A DNA stretch of 57,007 nucleotides, from the IMG/VR virus record IMGVR_UViG_3300043786_001636, positions 1-57,007 of that record. One strand, 5' to 3'. Positions within the stretch are counted from its first letter, which is position 1. The number at the start of each line of letters is the position of its first letter. Under the pieces are notes generated by a model. That model was given only the letters and a program-made list of their open reading frames with translations. It had not been told where the DNA came from and ran no database searches. Position numbers and translations under genes: made by a program. Shown here one piece after another: positions 53,974 through 57,007 of this stretch. The stretch is from a virus. Lineage: Duplodnaviria; Caudoviricetes.

Positions 53974-54569
53974 GCGTGATTATCGTCAACCCATTCGCGG
54001 TCGCTGCCGCAGTCGCGCCAAACCAACCGGGCAGCATCACCGTCTACGCTGGGGACGCTGCCGCCTTGGTCGCGTGGACCGATTCCTCAAGCAACGAAAC
54101 CGGGTTTGAGCTTGAGCGCTACGACATCGACAACGGGTGGAGCCTTGTGGCTTCCCCCGCCGCAAACGCGGTTTCGTTTGAGGAATTTTCCCTTACAAAC
54201 AACACGACCTACTACTACCGCGTCAGAGCCGTGGGCGAAGCCGGCAATTCCTCATGGACGACAAGCTCGTCTTTCACCCCTCAGGCAGGCGCAAGTTTTT
54301 TGGGGACGCCTCAAGATTTCAGCGGCGGCACGACCTTCAGTGACGCTTCGCTGTCGTGGAGCGCAGTGCAATGGGCCACCAGTTACAGCCTTGAATCAAG
54401 CACCGACAACAACACGTTCACCGGGGTCACCGAAACCAGCAGCACAAACGCCACGCATTCGGGTTTGACTAGCAACACCACCTATTACTACCGTGTCAAA
54501 GCCAATCGCTCGGGCCACAATTCGGGCGATTGGGCTTTGTTGACTTTGACCACGCAATCACCACCATGA
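53970..54569 (+). CDS. Fibronectin type III (two-domain) virion protein
   Basis: W.D.S.NETGF and LT.NTTYYYRV.A repeated twice. Confidence 0.85.
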   Translation: MSVIIVNPFAVAAAVAPNQPGSITVYAGDAAALVAWTDSSSNETGFELERYDIDNGWSLVASPAANAVSFEEFSLTNNTTYYYRVRAVGEAGNSSWTTSSSFTPQAGASFLGTPQDFSGGTTFSDASLSWSAVQWATSYSLESSTDNNTFTGVTETSSTNATHSGLTSNTTYYYRVKANRSGHNSGDWALLTLTTQSPP

Positions 54570-54745
54570 TGAACAACTCAGATTTGCCACCCAACACTTT
54601 TGCCGCTCATCTCGCCGCCGATGAGGACTTGCATGACGAATTGCTGCAGTTGGCCGAGGACATCGTGCGCTACTGCCCTTCCCTTACGCAGCTTCTGCTT
54701 GCCATGGGCACCCCCAACGACAACCCGATCTACGGAGCCAACTGA
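54566..54745 (+). CDS. Hypothetical protein
   Basis: 59 aa, coupled to both neighbours. Confidence 0.55.
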   Translation: MMNNSDLPPNTFAAHLAADEDLHDELLQLAEDIVRYCPSLTQLLLAMGTPNDNPIYGAN

Positions 54746-55173
54746 TGGAATACCTGCGCAACGCCGACGACGTCGCTTTTGCAGTCGCTGCCGTGCTGCG
54801 GGGCGGCAATGCCGGCATGTTTGAGGTTCAGGCCAACGGCATCACTGCGCAATGGGGCGCAGATGGGGTCGTCACGTTCACGGGCATTTTGATTCGCGAA
54901 CTCAACGCCACCGCGCTGCTGACGGAGACCGTCGAACCGCAGGTTGTCACGACCACCCGGGAAGAACGCCCCGAAATCATCACGACCAACGAGCAAACTC
55001 AGGATGCGTCAACCGAGGTGACCTTGGAGCAGCGAGCAGCAAGCGTCAGCGAAGTGCGGCAAGATCAAAGCGACGAGGAGCAAACCAACGGCCCGACGGA
55101 AACAACCTCGCAGACCACGCTGGGCAGCGACGAAACGACCCAAGACACAGATTACCAGCAAATCGGAATTTGA
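54745..55173 (+). CDS. Hypothetical protein with an acidic Thr-rich C-terminus
   Basis: 142 aa in the structural operon. Confidence 0.6.
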   Translation: MEYLRNADDVAFAVAAVLRGGNAGMFEVQANGITAQWGADGVVTFTGILIRELNATALLTETVEPQVVTTTREERPEIITTNEQTQDASTEVTLEQRAASVSEVRQDQSDEEQTNGPTETTSQTTLGSDETTQDTDYQQIGI

Positions 55174-55202
55174 TTCCCATAGCAATTCTAATTTGAAACG
55201 TC

Positions 55203-55556
55203 ATGGCAGACCCCGGAGAATTTGTACCTTACAAAACCAGCACCCGCCAAACAAGAGGGAGCGGTCAAACCAGCACGACCCAACGCGGCGGCTTGAGTTC
55301 AACCAGGAACTCAAACAGCACCCAGCGCACCGTCGAAACACCTGGCAACCAGACGACGACTCGTCAAAACCCGGCCACGGTGCAGCGGACCAAAGAAACC
55401 ACGCCCGCAAACGTCGTCACAACGACGCAAACCAAACCAGCAACGACCACTGTGCAGCGGCAATTCGCGCATGTCGGCGTCCAATTCTCGTTCTCAATCC
55501 GGGTCACATCGCTGCACCCGGTCGATCCAAACGGAGGGTCCGGGTTGGTTTGTTAA
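55203..55556 (+). CDS. Hypothetical basic Thr-rich protein
   Basis: 117 aa in the structural operon. Confidence 0.55.
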   Translation: MADPGEFVPYKTSTRQTRGSGQTSTTQRGGLSSTRNSNSTQRTVETPGNQTTTRQNPATVQRTKETTPANVVTTTQTKPATTTVQRQFAHVGVQFSFSIRVTSLHPVDPNGGSGLVC

Positions 55557-55609
55557 TCTGAGTTGACAATTCGTTTGCACAAATTGTCCTGTCTGATACC
55601 AGTGACGTC

Positions 55610-56302
55610 GTGACGGGGATGGAGGCAAGGGATTTTCTGCTTCGGGCTTTGTACCAGCCCAACGCTGCGGCTGCGCCCGCAACCTTCCACCAAGACGCTG
55701 CCTACGCCCTCAACGCTGCCATGCAGGAAATCGCGGCGTCTCCGTTGGGCAACGCCTGGAACCGCCGGGTCTGGACGTTTGCCACCGTGCCCGGCGTGCC
55801 CGACTACACCCTTTCCCGGGAAATCGCCAACGTGATCGGCGACGTGCGGTGCGACGGCAGGCAGGTTTCGGAGTCTCGGTTTGAGGCGGAGTTTGCCGAG
55901 ATCGGCAAACGCTACCAAGTGCCGGACAAGGGACGCCCTCAATACTACCTTTTGAATCGTCTGCGCAGCGATCTCAGTCAAAAAGACGCCATCACCCTGC
56001 AGATGAAATTGTGGCCCGTTCCGCGGCGCCCCCACACCATTGATTTTGACGCCGCTTTGCAGGCGACCGAGGTCTCAGCCTGCGACCTAAACAACCCGGC
56101 CACGGTGCTTCCCGTCCCCAACGAGCAGGCGCAATCAATTCTGCTGCCGATAGCCATGCATTACCTGTTGCTCACTGCCTTGCATGTGAACGAGCAGGTG
56201 CGGCGGGACACGAAAGAAAAGGTGCAAGAAGCTCGAGCCATGTTGGGTTACTCAGAGCCAAGTCCTGGCCGCAGGCAACCGAGGGAGGTGATTGCGTCAT
56301 GA
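55610..56302 (+). CDS. Putative head-tail adaptor/ring protein
   Basis: ALNAAMQEI, TVPGVPDYTL, GRPQYY and LWPVP motifs typical of podovirus adaptor proteins. Confidence 0.7.
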   Translation: MTGMEARDFLLRALYQPNAAAAPATFHQDAAYALNAAMQEIAASPLGNAWNRRVWTFATVPGVPDYTLSREIANVIGDVRCDGRQVSESRFEAEFAEIGKRYQVPDKGRPQYYLLNRLRSDLSQKDAITLQMKLWPVPRRPHTIDFDAALQATEVSACDLNNPATVLPVPNEQAQSILLPIAMHYLLLTALHVNEQVRRDTKEKVQEARAMLGYSEPSPGRRQPREVIAS

Positions 56303-57007
56303 CCGTACTTCAAATGCTTGTGCAATCCCTCGACGGCACCAAAACGCCCGACCCGGCGGCTTTGACGCTCGACCAGCAGGGTGTGGTCATGGCTTCGCTC
56401 AACGCGGCCCTGCAAGCCTATTACGAGGCCGCGCCGGACATTTACAAACGGACGACCGGATGGCAGCCCGTCGGGGCACCCCGCGAAGCGGTCGGGTTGT
56501 CCATCGCGGCGCAATCCACACTGAACACCGGCACTCCGTTTCCGGCAGCAGACCGAGGGAAAACCATTCGGCTTGGCAACCAATACAACGAGATCGCCGG
56601 AGCGGCTGAGTTGGTCCGACCCAACGACAACGCAACGACCATCACGCAAGGGACCATTTACGACGACACCATCGCTTTTTTTGACGTGTCCGCAGAGCGA
56701 ATCGTGGGAGACCCTCGGTGCATTGCGGGGTCGGAAACTTGGCCCTTGCACCGCATTGAGGGCAACAGAGCGCGGGCGTATTACGGCTACCAGTCCGCCT
56801 CGGGATTCAATCGTCTCACCGCCAACTTCGGATGGCAGGACCGCATTGCCGGAGATCGACCGGCTTTCTATTCCATTTTGCCTGTGGGCGGGAGCGTGGC
56901 CACCGGGCCAACAGATGCCACCTTGTTGTTGCGTCTCGACCCGTTGCCGACGCGCCCCTGTACCATCGAAATTACGTTTTCGCAAGCTCCGCCGACGTTG
57001 ACGGTTG
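56299..57007 (+). CDS. 5' part of the origin-spanning adaptor/ring-like protein (continues to 351)
   Basis: ATG 56299 overlaps the upstream TGA. Open frame MTVLQMLVQSL..SLNAALQAYY..RPAFY runs through the junction. Missing from the ORF track. Confidence 0.7.
   Translation, partial: MTVLQMLVQSLDGTKTPDPAALTLDQQGVVMASLNAALQAYYEAAPDIYKRTTGWQPVGAPREAVGLSIAAQSTLNTGTPFPAADRGKTIRLGNQYNEIAGAAELVRPNDNATTITQGTIYDDTIAFFDVSAERIVGDPRCIAGSETWPLHRIEGNRARAYYGYQSASGFNRLTANFGWQDRIAGDRPAFYSILPVGGSVATGPTDATLLLRLDPLPTRPCTIEITFSQAPPTLTV
56881..57007. repeat. Terminal direct repeat, copy 2 (circular assembly overlap)
   Basis: Identical to 1-127. Confidence 0.95.

Overview
The window appears to be a complete, circularly assembled temperate dsDNA phage genome of 56,880 bp; bases 1-127 are repeated at 56881-57007. 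It looks podovirus-like (no recognisable tape measure protein or tail tube). Head and packaging genes: portal, scaffold and N4-gp56/DUF4043-type major capsid on the minus strand, with the large terminase on the plus strand between them and the ejection genes. Other modules: a 5,579-aa polyvalent ejection-type protein, a plus-strand tail/adaptor operon running across the origin, a tyrosine integrase beside a tRNA-3'-end attP core, and a divergent regulator pair. A Bet/RecT-exonuclease-SSB recombination module and an initiator plus DnaB replication module follow. Most notable observations: (i) a pseudoknotted type II hammerhead ribozyme just downstream of a putative promoter, leading a stand-alone small gene; (ii) the giant protein is an array of effector modules (four ART-like, ParB-like, zincin, HhH-like) joined by recurring linker microhomologies, with one 348-bp module duplicated; (iii) an accessory block with an HNH-SF2 helicase, a partner gene and a second, minimal tyrosine recombinase followed by a 13-8-13 lox-like site; (iv) a 37-bp repeat bracketing a PAPS-reductase-like gene; (v) a 15-bp motif found three times. 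All product calls come from motif recognition by eye, not database searches. A Verrucomicrobiota/PVC host is only a weak inference.
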